In this document: positions 1 to 9,197 of the stretch, piece by piece | Layout: each line of letters starts with the position of its first letter | Position numbering within the stretch: position 1 is the first letter of the stretch | DNA from: Candidatus Omnitrophota bacterium | GTDB taxonomy: Bacteria; Omnitrophota; Gorgyraeia; Gygaellales; Profunditerraquicolaceae | DNA length: 60,055 nt | Direction: 5' to 3' | Assembly (NCBI GenBank): GCA_037134795.1 | Contig: JBAXLM010000002.1 | Location: forward strand, 1-60,055 | Position numbers and translations under genes: made by a program | The notes under the pieces: generated by a model | Seen by the model: only the letters and a program-made list of their open reading frames with translations | What the model was told of the DNA's origin: nothing | Database searches by the model: none

Positions 1-45
1 GGCAGTCCTGCGAAGCGAAGCGTAGCAGGGCCACTCTCCGCCACC
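1..45 (+). ncRNA. Possible 3' end of a structured RNA (SRP/4.5S-like), truncated by the window edge
   Basis: GC-rich island ending in GCCACCA within AT-rich DNA. GGCAG...GTAGC-AGGGCC loosely resembles the 3' strand of E. coli 4.5S RNA (AAGGCAG...GTAGCTGGCAGGGCC). It does not fold as a tRNA or tmRNA T-arm plus acceptor. Only a fragment is visible. Confidence 0.25.
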
Positions 46-96
46 ATCAATTTACGTAGAAGTGGCGATGCAGCTATAAAGGAAGCCCTTCCGAAT

Positions 97-387
97 ATGA
101 ACGAGCGAAGAAAATTCACGCGTATTCCATTTTCATCAGGAGTAACTTACGAACTTTCAAATGCACCAAAAACCAAGACTTCTATAGGTAAAAATATCAG
201 TCGGGGCGGTGTATGTTTTTATAGCCATGAATTTATCCTAAAAGAGAGCGTGCTAAAGATAAATTTCACATTAAAAAAGTACCCTTATGGAGCTTTTGTC
301 AAAGTAGCTTGGGTAAGAGAAGATGCTGCTAATGATAGATATGAAGTTGGCACGGAATTTATAGAAACCAAAAAAGTTGACGATTAA
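97..387 (+). CDS. Stand-alone PilZ domain protein (c-di-GMP receptor)
   Basis: 96 aa. Has the RxxxR motif (RKFTR) near the N-terminus and the [D/N]xSxxG motif (NISRGG). Confidence 0.75.
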   Translation: MNERRKFTRIPFSSGVTYELSNAPKTKTSIGKNISRGGVCFYSHEFILKESVLKINFTLKKYPYGAFVKVAWVREDAANDRYEVGTEFIETKKVDD

Positions 388-405
388 GAAGCGGAGAACG
401 CTACC

Positions 406-1677
406 CTAATTTTTTATAATTCTTTTTGCAAGTTTATTAATAATAAGGGAAGTAGCAATAAATACCCCACCCTCAATTAACACCGTTGAAAGTGCTGCCC
501 CAAGATAAGAGTATCTCTCTATTAATAAAAAAATAAGCGGCAGGCCGATAATTGCCGCGATAATATGAATTCTGGCATAAATATCAGGTTTCCCGCTGAC
601 AAGCAGAAACTGCACCTTAAAGTTATTAGCACCTACAAAAAATACCGCCACAAGTAATAGTCTTAATGTAAGCACTACCTCTTTATAAGCAACCCCGCAG
701 GCTAAACTAATAATCCAAGGCGCAATTACAAATGCAATAGGCAGGCTGACTACAAAACCCAGGGTTATGTTATCCTGAATCCTATACATTATAGCAGTCG
801 CACGCTGTTTGTTTCTTACAAAAACCTTGCTTATTCTAGGATATACTGCCTGAGTAAAAGAGTTCATAGGAAAAGTCTGGATAACATTGGCAATTCTATC
901 CGCAATAAAGTAATAACCAGTAAGCACATTGTTGGTAAGCAAACCTACAGCAAAAATTCTTGTCGTAGTGTAAGCATTCACAGAAACAGCTGAGATAAAA
1001 ATATTCCAACCGGTTTTTAACTCATTTTTTATACCGATATAATTCTGCAAAATAAACTCTAATTTAAACTTTCTAAACGCGATATACAAACCCCAAATCC
1101 CACTAATAAGAAAGAGGCTTGAGTTTAATAGTGGCACAAGAAGATAATCTTGTGGGCTTTTTACCAAAACAAAAATTAGCACGGCATAAGTTAAACCCGC
1201 AATTACGTTAATTATGGTTATATAGCTCATTTTTTCTTTTCCTTGAAAAAACCATACAGGAAAGAGCGTATTGCCTAAAACGGCGCCAAAACTTAAAACA
1301 TAAACCAACCAGTCATTTTTGAATTTTGGTATAAAATGCAAAATGGAGAGAAGAATTAGGAAGCTAAAAAGCGCGAGCATAAGCTTAACCGTCATTACTG
1401 ATGAAAATATCGCGCTAACCTTTTTTTTATGCTCGCCAACCAGTGAAATTGCTCTGGTAGCTGAAAGGCTGAATCCGTAATCTGTGATAATCATGAAATA
1501 TTGAACCAGGCTTTGGGCAAAAGCAATTAAACCAAATTTCTCCATTCCGATTACACGGATCAAATACGGCAGGACAACTAAAGGCAATAAATAACTAATT
1601 CCTTGAAGAGTAGTAAGAGAGATAAAATTTTCGAGAACAATCTTTTTTTCGCGGTGAGTTACTATTTTAGGACTCAT
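406..1677 (-). CDS. Polysaccharide/O-antigen flippase (Wzx-like, MOP superfamily)
   Basis: 423 aa, highly hydrophobic multi-pass membrane protein with the typical Wzx N-terminus (VLENFISLTTLQGISYLLPLVVLPYLIRVIG.EKFG). It is the only minus-strand gene in the window. Confidence 0.7.
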   Translation of the reverse strand: MSPKIVTHREKKIVLENFISLTTLQGISYLLPLVVLPYLIRVIGMEKFGLIAFAQSLVQYFMIITDYGFSLSATRAISLVGEHKKKVSAIFSSVMTVKLMLALFSFLILLSILHFIPKFKNDWLVYVLSFGAVLGNTLFPVWFFQGKEKMSYITIINVIAGLTYAVLIFVLVKSPQDYLLVPLLNSSLFLISGIWGLYIAFRKFKLEFILQNYIGIKNELKTGWNIFISAVSVNAYTTTRIFAVGLLTNNVLTGYYFIADRIANVIQTFPMNSFTQAVYPRISKVFVRNKQRATAIMYRIQDNITLGFVVSLPIAFVIAPWIISLACGVAYKEVVLTLRLLLVAVFFVGANNFKVQFLLVSGKPDIYARIHIIAAIIGLPLIFLLIERYSYLGAALSTVLIEGGVFIATSLIINKLAKRIIKN

Positions 1678-1743
1678 TTTATTTAATCTACACTTTTATA
1701 AAAGAAAAGTCAACATTTGTTATATTTATGTTAAAATACTGCC

Positions 1744-2706
1744 ATGTTGAGTAAAATTATGGAAACAATTAAAAAGCATAAATTGATCCAAAGAAAAGAC
1801 CGTATCCTGGTTGCTGTTTCAGGGGGGCCAGATTCACTTGCGCTGCTGCTCAAATTAGCTAGCTTAAGAAATACCCTTGGGCTAACTTTACATATCGCGC
1901 ACTTAGACCATGGCTTGCGTAAAGATTCTAAAACAGACGCGCTTTTTGTAAAGCAATGGGCGGATAAGCTGAATATTCCCATAAAAATAGAAAGATTAGA
2001 TTCAAAAATAAATGACATTAAAGGTTCTTCAGAGGAGTTTCTTAGAGAAAAAAGGCAGGCTTTTCTGATTAAAACTGCCCAAAAAATTAAGGCTGATAAA
2101 GTTGCTTTAGGCCATAATCTTGATGATCAGGCAGAAACCGTATTAATGCGCCTGTTACGAGGAACTGGTTTATGCGGATTAAGCGGGATATCACCAAAGA
2201 GAATAATCAAAGGCGTAACTTTTATTCGTCCACTTTTAGAAACAAGGCGTCAGGAAATTGAAAGTTTTTTAAAACAAAGGAAAGTAAAACCGCGCCTAGA
2301 CCCCACAAATAGACAAGATCTGTTTTTTCGCAATAAAATACGGCTCAACTTAATTCCTTTGCTAAAACGTGCGTATAACCAAAATATTGTGGAAGTACTT
2401 GCAAATTTAGCTGAAAGCGCTTCGTACGATTACGAATACCTGAATCAGGTTGCCAGAAATAACCTAAAAAACTGCGGCAGCAAGCTTAATATAAAGAAAG
2501 TAAAAAAAATACACCCAGCTATTTTACGGCTTAAGATTAGGCAAAGTATCGCTTGCATTCAAGGAGACACGCGTAGAATAAGTTTTAAACATATCGAGGA
2601 AGTAGAGGACCTGCTTAATAACCGGCCAGAAGAATCTATTGTTGACCTTCCTAAAGGAATCTCCGTGCAAAAAGCGCGTAATTTCTTACGGTTTTACAGG
2701 CGCTAA
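1744..2706 (+). CDS. tilS: tRNA(Ile)-lysidine synthase, short form
   Basis: PP-loop motif VAVSGGPDSLALL, then HLDHGLR and ALGHNLDDQAET. Confidence 0.85.
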   Translation: MLSKIMETIKKHKLIQRKDRILVAVSGGPDSLALLLKLASLRNTLGLTLHIAHLDHGLRKDSKTDALFVKQWADKLNIPIKIERLDSKINDIKGSSEEFLREKRQAFLIKTAQKIKADKVALGHNLDDQAETVLMRLLRGTGLCGLSGISPKRIIKGVTFIRPLLETRRQEIESFLKQRKVKPRLDPTNRQDLFFRNKIRLNLIPLLKRAYNQNIVEVLANLAESASYDYEYLNQVARNNLKNCGSKLNIKKVKKIHPAILRLKIRQSIACIQGDTRRISFKHIEEVEDLLNNRPEESIVDLPKGISVQKARNFLRFYRR

Positions 2707-2719
2707 ATCCATAAATTAC

Positions 2720-2748
2720 TTGATTTTACATCTTTTTGTGGATATAAT
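2720..2748 (+). promoter_or_regulatory. Sigma-70-type promoter upstream of ftsH
   Basis: TTGATT, 17 nt spacer, TATAAT. A GGAG Shine-Dalgarno precedes the ATG at 2798. Confidence 0.5.
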
Positions 2749-2797
2749 AAAAACCTAAACTTTATTTAAAAATTTATTTAAAATTGGAGAATTAAAA

Positions 2798-4654
2798 ATG
2801 CCCCCGCAGAATAAACCTAAATCAAATAAAAACAATATATTTAAGCGCTTTCCTCTTGGTTGGCTTTTGGTTTTTTTCCTTTTTATCATGCTTTTGAATT
2901 CCTTCAACAGCATACCCATAACTGGCATCCCTAAAGAAATTTCGTATAGCAAATTTTACCTTGTTTTAAAAAACAGCCCTGACACAATAAAGCAAGTTAC
3001 TAAAACTGAAACCATCTTACAGGGTGAATTTACGGATAATACAAAGTTTTTTGTAAATATGCCAGAGAGCGACCCGGATATGCTTACGCTCATGCGCCAG
3101 AATTTAAAAAATTTCGATATTAAACCCGCGCGTACATTTTGGGTTTCTTTGTTATTTAATCTAGGCCCAATACTGCTACTGATTTTCTTTTGGTGGATGA
3201 TGGCTGCTCGCGGTGAACAATTAGGTAACAAAATCATGACTTTCGGAAAAGTTAAGTCAAAAATTCAAGGTGAAACAGAAAAAACTACTTTTAATGACGT
3301 TGCCGGAGTTGATGAGGCTAAAGAAGAACTAACGGAAGTTATTGAATTTCTTAAAGATCCTAAAAAATTTCAAAGGTTGGGAGGGAAAATCCCCAAGGGT
3401 GTTCTGCTCATTGGGCCACCGGGTTGCGGTAAAACTTTAATTGCCAGAGCAGTGGCAGGAGAAGCAGGAGTGCCTTTTTTTAGTATATCAGGCTCAGATT
3501 TTGTAGAAATGTTTGTAGGTGTAGGGGCAAGCCGAGTAAGAGACCTCTTTGGCCAAGGCCGTAAAGCTGGAAAAGTTTCAGGTAAAGGGGCAATAATCTT
3601 TATCGACGAAATTGATGCTGTGGGCCGGCTGCGTTTTTCAGGAATCGGGGGAGGCAACGACGAACGCGAACAGACGCTTAATCAATTACTAGTTGAGATG
3701 GATGGCTTTGACGCGCAACAAGGTTTAATTCTAATTGCCGCAACAAACCGCCCAGACACATTAGATCCCGCGCTCTTGCGTCCAGGAAGGTTTGATCGTA
3801 CTATTATCGTAAGCTTACCGGACATTTTGGGGCGCGAAGCAATATTAAAAGTACATACTCGAAAAATCAAACTCGCCGAATCAGTTAACCTCAAATCTGT
3901 GGCCAGCCAAACTCCGGGTTTTTCTGGAGCGGACCTTGCGAATCTATGCAACGAAGCTGCGCTTATGGCCGCACGCAATAACAAAGAAGCAGTAGAAGAA
4001 ATAGATTTAGATAAATCAGTTGAAAGAGTGCTAATGGGCCCGGAAAAGAAAAGCCACATTATGTCTAAAAAAGAAAAAGAGATTACTGCCTTGCATGAAT
4101 CCGGGCATGCCTTGCTTTCCTTGCTCTTACCGGAAGTCAATCCTTTGAAAAAAGTCTCAATTATTCCTCGTGGGCTGGCAGGTGGTTATACCTTTACCCC
4201 TCCCTTAGAAGATAGGCATTACTGGACTAAAAAGGAATTGCTCTCAGAGATTACCATGATACTAGGTGGCCGGGCTTCAGAACAAATTAATTTAAACGAA
4301 GTTACTACTGGAGCGCAAAATGATTTAGAGGTAGCTACCGGTATGGCTAGGCGTATGGTTACGCAATTCGGAATGTCGGAAAAACTAGGCAACCTAACCT
4401 TAGGAAGAAGAGAAGGCTTGGTATTTTTAGGACGCGACATTATGGAAGAGAGAAACTATAGTGAGCAGACTGCTCAAACTATCGATGAGGAAGTAAAAAA
4501 GATTACCCATGACGCTTACGACAAAGCAATAAACCTCTTAAGAAACAACTTAGATAAACTTAAACTACTTTCAGACTCCTTGCTGGAAAAAGAGGTTTTA
4601 AGCGGAACAGAAGTAAAACGTATACTGGGAATTGAAAAAAGCGATTTGGTTTAA
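2798..4654 (+). CDS. ftsH: ATP-dependent zinc metalloprotease FtsH
   Basis: N-terminal TM helices, Walker A GPPGCGKT, Walker [13 protein letters not shown] region, zinc motif HESGHAL. Confidence 0.95.
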   Translation: MPPQNKPKSNKNNIFKRFPLGWLLVFFLFIMLLNSFNSIPITGIPKEISYSKFYLVLKNSPDTIKQVTKTETILQGEFTDNTKFFVNMPESDPDMLTLMRQNLKNFDIKPARTFWVSLLFNLGPILLLIFFWWMMAARGEQLGNKIMTFGKVKSKIQGETEKTTFNDVAGVDEAKEELTEVIEFLKDPKKFQRLGGKIPKGVLLIGPPGCGKTLIARAVAGEAGVPFFSISGSDFVEMFVGVGASRVRDLFGQGRKAGKVSGKGAIIFIDEIDAVGRLRFSGIGGGNDEREQTLNQLLVEMDGFDAQQGLILIAATNRPDTLDPALLRPGRFDRTIIVSLPDILGREAILKVHTRKIKLAESVNLKSVASQTPGFSGADLANLCNEAALMAARNNKEAVEEIDLDKSVERVLMGPEKKSHIMSKKEKEITALHESGHALLSLLLPEVNPLKKVSIIPRGLAGGYTFTPPLEDRHYWTKKELLSEITMILGGRASEQINLNEVTTGAQNDLEVATGMARRMVTQFGMSEKLGNLTLGRREGLVFLGRDIMEERNYSEQTAQTIDEEVKKITHDAYDKAINLLRNNLDKLKLLSDSLLEKEVLSGTEVKRILGIEKSDLV

Positions 4655-4658
4655 ATAA

Positions 4659-5870
4659 ATGCGTATCTTCCGATTTAGTTGCCGAAAAGAAGTAGAGAAT
4701 ATTATGCATGATATCGGAGTTGATCCTTACGGGATCAAGATCATGCTGCCTAAAACTTCAGCATTTTTAATCCACTTAAACTCAATATCAAATATTTCCG
4801 CTAATATTATTAAACAAGAGATGCTTTCTTTAGGGGCAGACGCGGCATTAGCCAGAGGAGCGCTTAGCGGAAAACTTAAGAAAACTGATTGCCTGATAAT
4901 TGGCCGACTAGACCAATTAAACACCCTAACGCATAAATTAAAACTTCAGCCTTTTGGTTTATTAAAATTAGCTCGCGAACTAGATCAAAATATTAAAAAC
5001 TATTCCTCAGATGATTTTACTTTAAAACTGGGGAAATATTCCTTAAAACTAAAAGAAAAAACGCACATTATGGGGATAATCAATGTTACCCCGGATTCAT
5101 TCAGCGGTGATGGTTTATATAATTCAGAATCCAAGGATTACCGTAAACTTGCTTTGATAAAAGCAGAACAAATGCTTAAAGAGGGGGCGGATATAATCGA
5201 TATTGGTGGGCAATCCAGCCGGCCAGGGGCAAAAAGTATTAGCATAAAAGAAGAAATGTCGCGCACGATTGCCGTGGTAAAACTTTTGGCAAAGAGAATT
5301 AACGCGCCAATTTCTATTGATACTACTAGGGCAGCCATTGCTAAAGCTGCTTTTGATAATGGGGCAGTAATGCTTAACGACATTTCAGGGCTAAGAAACA
5401 ATCAGCTGACGCGTATTGCAGCTGATTATGACGTTGCCGTAGTAATCATGCATATGCTAGGGGTACCTCTGAATATGCAAAAAGTAATTGCCTACGAATC
5501 TTTCATGGATGATGTAACTACTTACCTTAAGCAAGCTATAAAGCGCGCAGAATCATACGGAATAAAACCAAATAAGATTGTTGTTGACCCTGGAATCGGA
5601 TTTGGCAAAACATTAGAACACAATCTTCAAATTTTAAAAAAATTGGCTGATTTTAAAATATTAGGCAAACCGATACTCCTAGGGCCTTCACGAAAATCAT
5701 TTATCGGTAAAATCTTGGGAACAAATATACAAAATAGAACTATAGGCACACTGGCAACTTGCGTAGTGGCAGCCCAACGTGGCGCCCATATATTACGCGT
5801 ACATGATGTCTTAGAGGTTAACCAGGCACTTAGAATTGTTCAAGCAATAGGAAAAAATATTAATGCATAA
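4659..5870 (+). CDS. folP: Dihydropteroate synthase with a ~135-aa N-terminal extension
   Basis: Pterin-binding domain starts at HIMGIINVTPDSFSGDG, followed by DIGGQSSRPG and DPGIGFGK. The N-terminal extension resembles the extra domain I recall in some long-form FolP proteins. Confidence 0.9.
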   Translation: MRIFRFSCRKEVENIMHDIGVDPYGIKIMLPKTSAFLIHLNSISNISANIIKQEMLSLGADAALARGALSGKLKKTDCLIIGRLDQLNTLTHKLKLQPFGLLKLARELDQNIKNYSSDDFTLKLGKYSLKLKEKTHIMGIINVTPDSFSGDGLYNSESKDYRKLALIKAEQMLKEGADIIDIGGQSSRPGAKSISIKEEMSRTIAVVKLLAKRINAPISIDTTRAAIAKAAFDNGAVMLNDISGLRNNQLTRIAADYDVAVVIMHMLGVPLNMQKVIAYESFMDDVTTYLKQAIKRAESYGIKPNKIVVDPGIGFGKTLEHNLQILKKLADFKILGKPILLGPSRKSFIGKILGTNIQNRTIGTLATCVVAAQRGAHILRVHDVLEVNQALRIVQAIGKNINA

Positions 5871-6624
5871 TTTAATTCTAAATTGGAGAATATTGACCGA
5901 GGTTGTAATTCTTTGGTTTGTCATCTACCAGATAATGCTTTTTTTTGAAGGCAGGAGCGCTTTGCAAGTATTACGCGGCATAACTATCTTAGTGTTTGCA
6001 TTCTTTATTTTCCAAAAATTTGATTTTCTGGTATTAAACTGGCTGCTGAAAAAACTTTTTGGGATTTCGGTGATCGCTTTATTAATTATTTTTCATCCCG
6101 AAATCAGGCAAGGACTTGCCCAGTTAGGCAAAAGGAAATTTTTTAAAAACAATTTAAATGAAGAAGAAACAGGCCTTGCGATTAAACAAATCGCGGAAGC
6201 TTGTGAAAACCTGGCAAAAAATAAACTGGGCGGTTTAATTGCTATTAAAAAAAATGACTCGCTGGCTTCCTATATCCAAAGTGGCGAGATCGTAGACTCA
6301 CGAATATCTGCGAATTTAATACAAGCAATTTTTACCCCCAATAATCCACTACATGACGGAGGATTAATAATTCAAGATGAGCGCATTGCGGCAGCAAGCT
6401 GTATTCTGCCTCTAACTACAAATCAAGAACTAAGCCGAGTTTTTGGTACGCGCCATCGTGCCGCGCTAGGCTTAAGTGAAGAAACAGATGCTATAGTAAT
6501 TGTTGTTTCCGAAGAACGCTGTGATATATCCATAATTTACCGTAAAAAATTTTACAAAGATTTGAGCAAACTAGAGTTAGAATTAAAAATAAAGAAGTTA
6601 ATTGAGATTAAAAATGATGAGTAA
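5863..6624 (+). CDS. cdaA: Diadenylate cyclase CdaA (membrane-anchored DAC domain)
   Basis: Three N-terminal hydrophobic helices. DAC motifs LHDGGLII and GTRHRAALGLSEETDAIVIVVSEE. Confidence 0.9.
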   Translation: MHNLILNWRILTEVVILWFVIYQIMLFFEGRSALQVLRGITILVFAFFIFQKFDFLVLNWLLKKLFGISVIALLIIFHPEIRQGLAQLGKRKFFKNNLNEEETGLAIKQIAEACENLAKNKLGGLIAIKKNDSLASYIQSGEIVDSRISANLIQAIFTPNNPLHDGGLIIQDERIAAASCILPLTTNQELSRVFGTRHRAALGLSEETDAIVIVVSEERCDISIIYRKKFYKDLSKLELELKIKKLIEIKNDE

Positions 6625-6751
6625 AGAAAAACTTAACATACTTCACCGTTTAACGCATTTAGTTACAAACCATCCTTGGCTAAAAATCATTTCCTTAGCT
6701 TTAGCAATAATTGTTTGGTTTTATGTTTCAGGAGAGAAAATTTACTACTGA
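6614..6751 (+). CDS. 45-aa single-TM micro-ORF, possible remnant of the CdaR/YbbR regulator N-terminus
   Basis: Its ATG overlaps the end of cdaA, and its stop lies 1 nt before the pdxJ ATG. The peptide MMSKEKLNILHRLTHLVTNHPWLKIISLALAIIVWFYVSGEKIYY looks like the N-terminal anchor of YbbR-domain proteins, which normally follow cdaA. No YbbR domains follow it. Confidence 0.3.
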   Translation: MMSKEKLNILHRLTHLVTNHPWLKIISLALAIIVWFYVSGEKIYY

Positions 6752-6752
6752 T

Positions 6753-7466
6753 ATGCCTAAACTAGGTGTAAATATTGACCATGTAGCAACTTTACGCCAG
6801 GCGCGGCGTGGATCTATGCCTGATCCTGTATATGCAGCATATCTATGTGAAGTTGCGGGAGCAGACAGCATAGTGGCGCACTTAAGGAAGGACCGCAGGC
6901 ATATCCAAGACAAAGATATTAAATCTTTAAGAAAAAAAATAAAAACTAAGCTTAATCTTGAAATGTCCATTGCGCCTGAAATAGTAAGTATTGCCTGTAA
7001 GATTAAACCTTATCAAGCTACCTTTGTACCAGAGCGAAGAGAAGAGTTAACCACTGAAGGGGGGTTAAATGTTATAGCTAACGCTAAGAAAATTGCTGCT
7101 GCTTTATCAAAGTTAAAAAAAGCAGGTATTTTTGTAAGCTTATTCATAGACCCTGATTTCAAACAAATCGCTGCCGCGAAACAGGTGGGCGCGAGAATAG
7201 TTGAATTACACACCGGCCGTTTTGCTAACGCTAAGAATAATTTACAAAAGAAAAAGTTTCTTAATGAAATTAAGGCCGCTGTTAGCTATGCTTTAGCTAA
7301 AGGCCTGAAAGTTTTTGCTGGACATGGGCTAAATTATAGTAACGTCAAACTTATTGCTAAGATTAAAGGCATAGAAGAGCTTAATATTGGTTATTCCATT
7401 ATTTGCAAAGCGCTATATATAGGTTTGCCAAACGCAGTTAGGCAGATGCGAGGGCTAATAAGATAA
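6753..7466 (+). CDS. pdxJ: Pyridoxine 5'-phosphate synthase
   Basis: MPKLGVNIDHVATLRQARR..., EL(H)TG and GHGLNY motifs. The start was moved to the internal ATG that matches the family N-terminus. Confidence 0.9.
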   Translation: MPKLGVNIDHVATLRQARRGSMPDPVYAAYLCEVAGADSIVAHLRKDRRHIQDKDIKSLRKKIKTKLNLEMSIAPEIVSIACKIKPYQATFVPERREELTTEGGLNVIANAKKIAAALSKLKKAGIFVSLFIDPDFKQIAAAKQVGARIVELHTGRFANAKNNLQKKKFLNEIKAAVSYALAKGLKVFAGHGLNYSNVKLIAKIKGIEELNIGYSIICKALYIGLPNAVRQMRGLIR

Positions 7467-7822
7467 TGCTTATCGGTACGGGAGTAGATATTACTGAAGT
7501 AAGGCGAATACGGCAGGCAGTTGAAAAATGGGGCGATGATTTTCTAAAACGGGTTTTTACTAAAGCTGAGTTAGTAAGCGCTAAAACCAAAACAAGCTTT
7601 TATCAGCATTTAGCTGGCAGATTTGCCGCTAAAGAAGCAATTTTTAAAGCAGCAGGAGATAATAAGCTTTCCTGGCAGGATATTCAGATACATAATGATA
7701 GAGAAGGCAAACCTGTTTGTCTATTTCTTAACGGTCGGGGTAAAAATATAACTGCGTGCATTTCGATTTCGCACGTTAAAACTTATGCGGTTGCCAACGC
7801 GATTGTTACAAAGAAAAGTTAA
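7466..7822 (+). CDS. acpS: Holo-[acyl-carrier-protein] synthase
   Basis: 118 aa. IGTGVDITEVRRI and FAAKEA motifs. Confidence 0.9.
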   Translation: MLIGTGVDITEVRRIRQAVEKWGDDFLKRVFTKAELVSAKTKTSFYQHLAGRFAAKEAIFKAAGDNKLSWQDIQIHNDREGKPVCLFLNGRGKNITACISISHVKTYAVANAIVTKKS

Positions 7823-8639
7823 AACTCATAAAGGTAATTACGGCCATATTTTGATTTTGGCTGGATCTAGCAGATTTTCAGGTGCGGCACTTTTATGCGC
7901 GGAAGCAGCTATGCGTTGTGGCGCTGGTTTAGTAACATTGGGTGTACCAAAAAGCATTAATCTCGGTATTATAAAATCTAAACCGAGGGAGGTCATGAGT
8001 TTACCACTGAAAGAAACTAGAGATGGAACATTAAGCTTACTAGCTTTTGCTAAAATAGCATTAATACTCAAACGCATTAATGTATTAATTATCGGCCCGG
8101 GATTAGGAGAGCATAAATCAACCTATGCTTTGATAAGAAAAATTATCAGTAGTTGCCAACATCCTATGGTTATTGACGCGGACGCGCTTAATGCTTTAAA
8201 TAATAATTTAGGAATATTGAAAAGACACGTTTTTGAAATCGTGCTTACTCCGCATGAAAAAGAGATTTCTCGGCTTTTTAATTTAAGTATGCAGCAAGTA
8301 GGCAAGAGAAGAATATTGATTGCGCAAAAGTACGCGAAATATTATAATAGTGTAATTATCCTTAAAGGCCACAATAGTATTGTAGCTAACCCTAATGGAA
8401 AATCTTATATAAATAAGAGTGGCAATCCCGGGATGGCTACAGCCGGAAGCGGGGATGTGCTTAGCGGCGTGGTAGGCGGATTCCTAGCCCAAGGATTAGA
8501 TGCTTTTACTGCTGCTAAATACGCTACGTTTATTCATGGCTTAGCCGGAGATATAGCAGCAAAAGATAAAACGCAAATGGGATTAATCGCATCGGACATC
8601 ATCAATCGAATTCCGGATGCGTTAAAAATGTGTAGTTAA
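7785..8639 (+). CDS. nnrD: ADP-dependent NAD(P)H-hydrate dehydratase (YjeF C-terminal type, no epimerase domain)
   Basis: THKGNYGHILILAGS, and GMATAGSGDVLSGVVGG near the C-terminus. Overlaps acpS by 38 nt. Confidence 0.85.
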   Translation: MRLPTRLLQRKVKTHKGNYGHILILAGSSRFSGAALLCAEAAMRCGAGLVTLGVPKSINLGIIKSKPREVMSLPLKETRDGTLSLLAFAKIALILKRINVLIIGPGLGEHKSTYALIRKIISSCQHPMVIDADALNALNNNLGILKRHVFEIVLTPHEKEISRLFNLSMQQVGKRRILIAQKYAKYYNSVIILKGHNSIVANPNGKSYINKSGNPGMATAGSGDVLSGVVGGFLAQGLDAFTAAKYATFIHGLAGDIAAKDKTQMGLIASDIINRIPDALKMCS

Positions 8640-8640
8640 T

Positions 8641-8713
8641 GCCGGCGTAGCTCAGTTGGTAGAGCAATTGTTTTGTAAACAAAAGGTCGGGGGTTCGATT
8701 CCTCTCGCCGGCT
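8641..8713 (+). tRNA. tRNA-Thr (anticodon UGU)
   Basis: Manual cloverleaf: acceptor GCCGGCG/CGCCGGC, D arm GCTC-AGTTGGTA-GAGC, anticodon loop TT-TGT-AA, T arm GGGGG-TTCGATT-CCTCT. No encoded CCA. Confidence 0.9.
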
Positions 8714-8717
8714 GTAT

Positions 8718-8950
8718 AAAGTTAAAAGTCAAAAGTAAAAAGTCAAAAGTAAAAAGTCTAATGACAAATGAAAAAATCCAAAATTCAAAATAAATGCAAA
8801 ATTCTAATATCAAATATCAAAACAAAGGTTTTATCATTTGTCATTTGAATTTATTTTGAATTTTGTGCTTTGATCTTTGAGTTTTGACTTGTGGTTTTGA
8901 CTTTTTCGTTTTAACTTTTGACTTTACAATGTTTTAACTTTTGACTTTAA
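8718..8950. repeat. A-rich/T-rich palindromic spacer element built on NAAAAGT heptamers (family copy 1)
   Basis: 8722-8758 is five tandem NAAAAGT heptamers (TAAAAGT CAAAAGT AAAAAGT CAAAAGT AAAAAGT). 8869-8950 carries the complementary ACTTTTN-type run (TTGACTTGTGGTTTTGACTTTTTCGTTTTAACTTTTGAC...). Inner inverted repeats are ATGACAAATGA/TCATTTGTCAT and AAAATTCAAAATAAAT/ATTTATTTTGAATTTT. Confidence 0.8.
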
Positions 8951-8954
8951 ATTC

Positions 8955-9037
8955 GGGCAGGTACCCAAGTGGCCAAAGGGGACAGACTGTAAATCTGTTG
9001 CACCTGTGCTTCAGAGGTTCGAATCCTCTCCTGCCCA
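8955..9037 (+). tRNA. tRNA-Tyr (anticodon GUA), long variable arm
   Basis: Acceptor GGGCAGG/CCTGCCC, anticodon stem ACAGA/TCTGT with loop CT-GTA-AA, long variable arm, T loop TTCGAAT. Confidence 0.9.
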
Positions 9038-9039
9038 TT

Positions 9040-9118
9040 AGATCAGAACTAAGAGCTAAGAACTAAGAGCTAAGAAAAAATGGCGCAAAATTTTTCTTAA
9101 ATCTTAATTCTTAGATCT
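9040..9118. repeat. Palindromic spacer with a 14-nt tandem repeat (GAACTAAGAGCTAA x2)
   Basis: AGATCAGAACTAAGAGCTAAGAACTAAGAGCTAAGAAAAAA ... TTTTTCTTAAATCTTAATTCTTAGATCT. The arms are imperfect reverse complements. Confidence 0.7.
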
Positions 9119-9126
9119 GCACTACT

Positions 9127-9197
9127 GCGGGAGTAGTTCAGTGGTAGAACAATAGCCTTCCAAGCTATGAATGGGGGTTCGATTCCCCTCTCCCGCT
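9127..9197 (+). tRNA. tRNA-Gly (anticodon UCC)
   Basis: Acceptor GCGGGAG/CTCCCGC, anticodon stem ATAGC/GCTAT with loop CT-TCC-AA, T arm GGGGG-TTCGATT-CCCCT. Confidence 0.9.

Noticed and set aside
1-45. 3' end of a tRNA or tmRNA, because the segment ends in CCACCA
   Set aside because: No T-arm with a TTCRANY loop can be drawn at the correct distance from a 7-nt acceptor strand. It is kept only as a low-confidence structured RNA fragment of possible SRP type. Resolving it needs the upstream sequence and a covariance-model search (SRP, RNase P, tmRNA models).
1700-1746. Possible leaderless tilS mRNA, from an extended -10-like TGTTAAAAT ending 7 nt before the ATG with no Shine-Dalgarno
   Set aside because: The -35 region is poor (GTCAAC), and the signal is indistinguishable from random AT-rich sequence. 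It is not supportable without transcription-start mapping.
3540-3660. Small insertion near the FtsH Walker B region ([12 protein letters not shown]) as a possible functional novelty
   Set aside because: It is only a few residues in a loop-like position, and all catalytic motifs are intact. It falls within normal family variation.
8718-8950. Possible CRISPR array suggested by the regular short repeats between tRNAs, and similar tracts at 38.4 kb and 57.0 kb
   Set aside because: The repeat unit is only 7 nt (14 nt at most) with no unique spacers. The two halves are reverse complements of each other, and no cas genes are nearby. This is palindromic REP/MITE-like architecture, not CRISPR.
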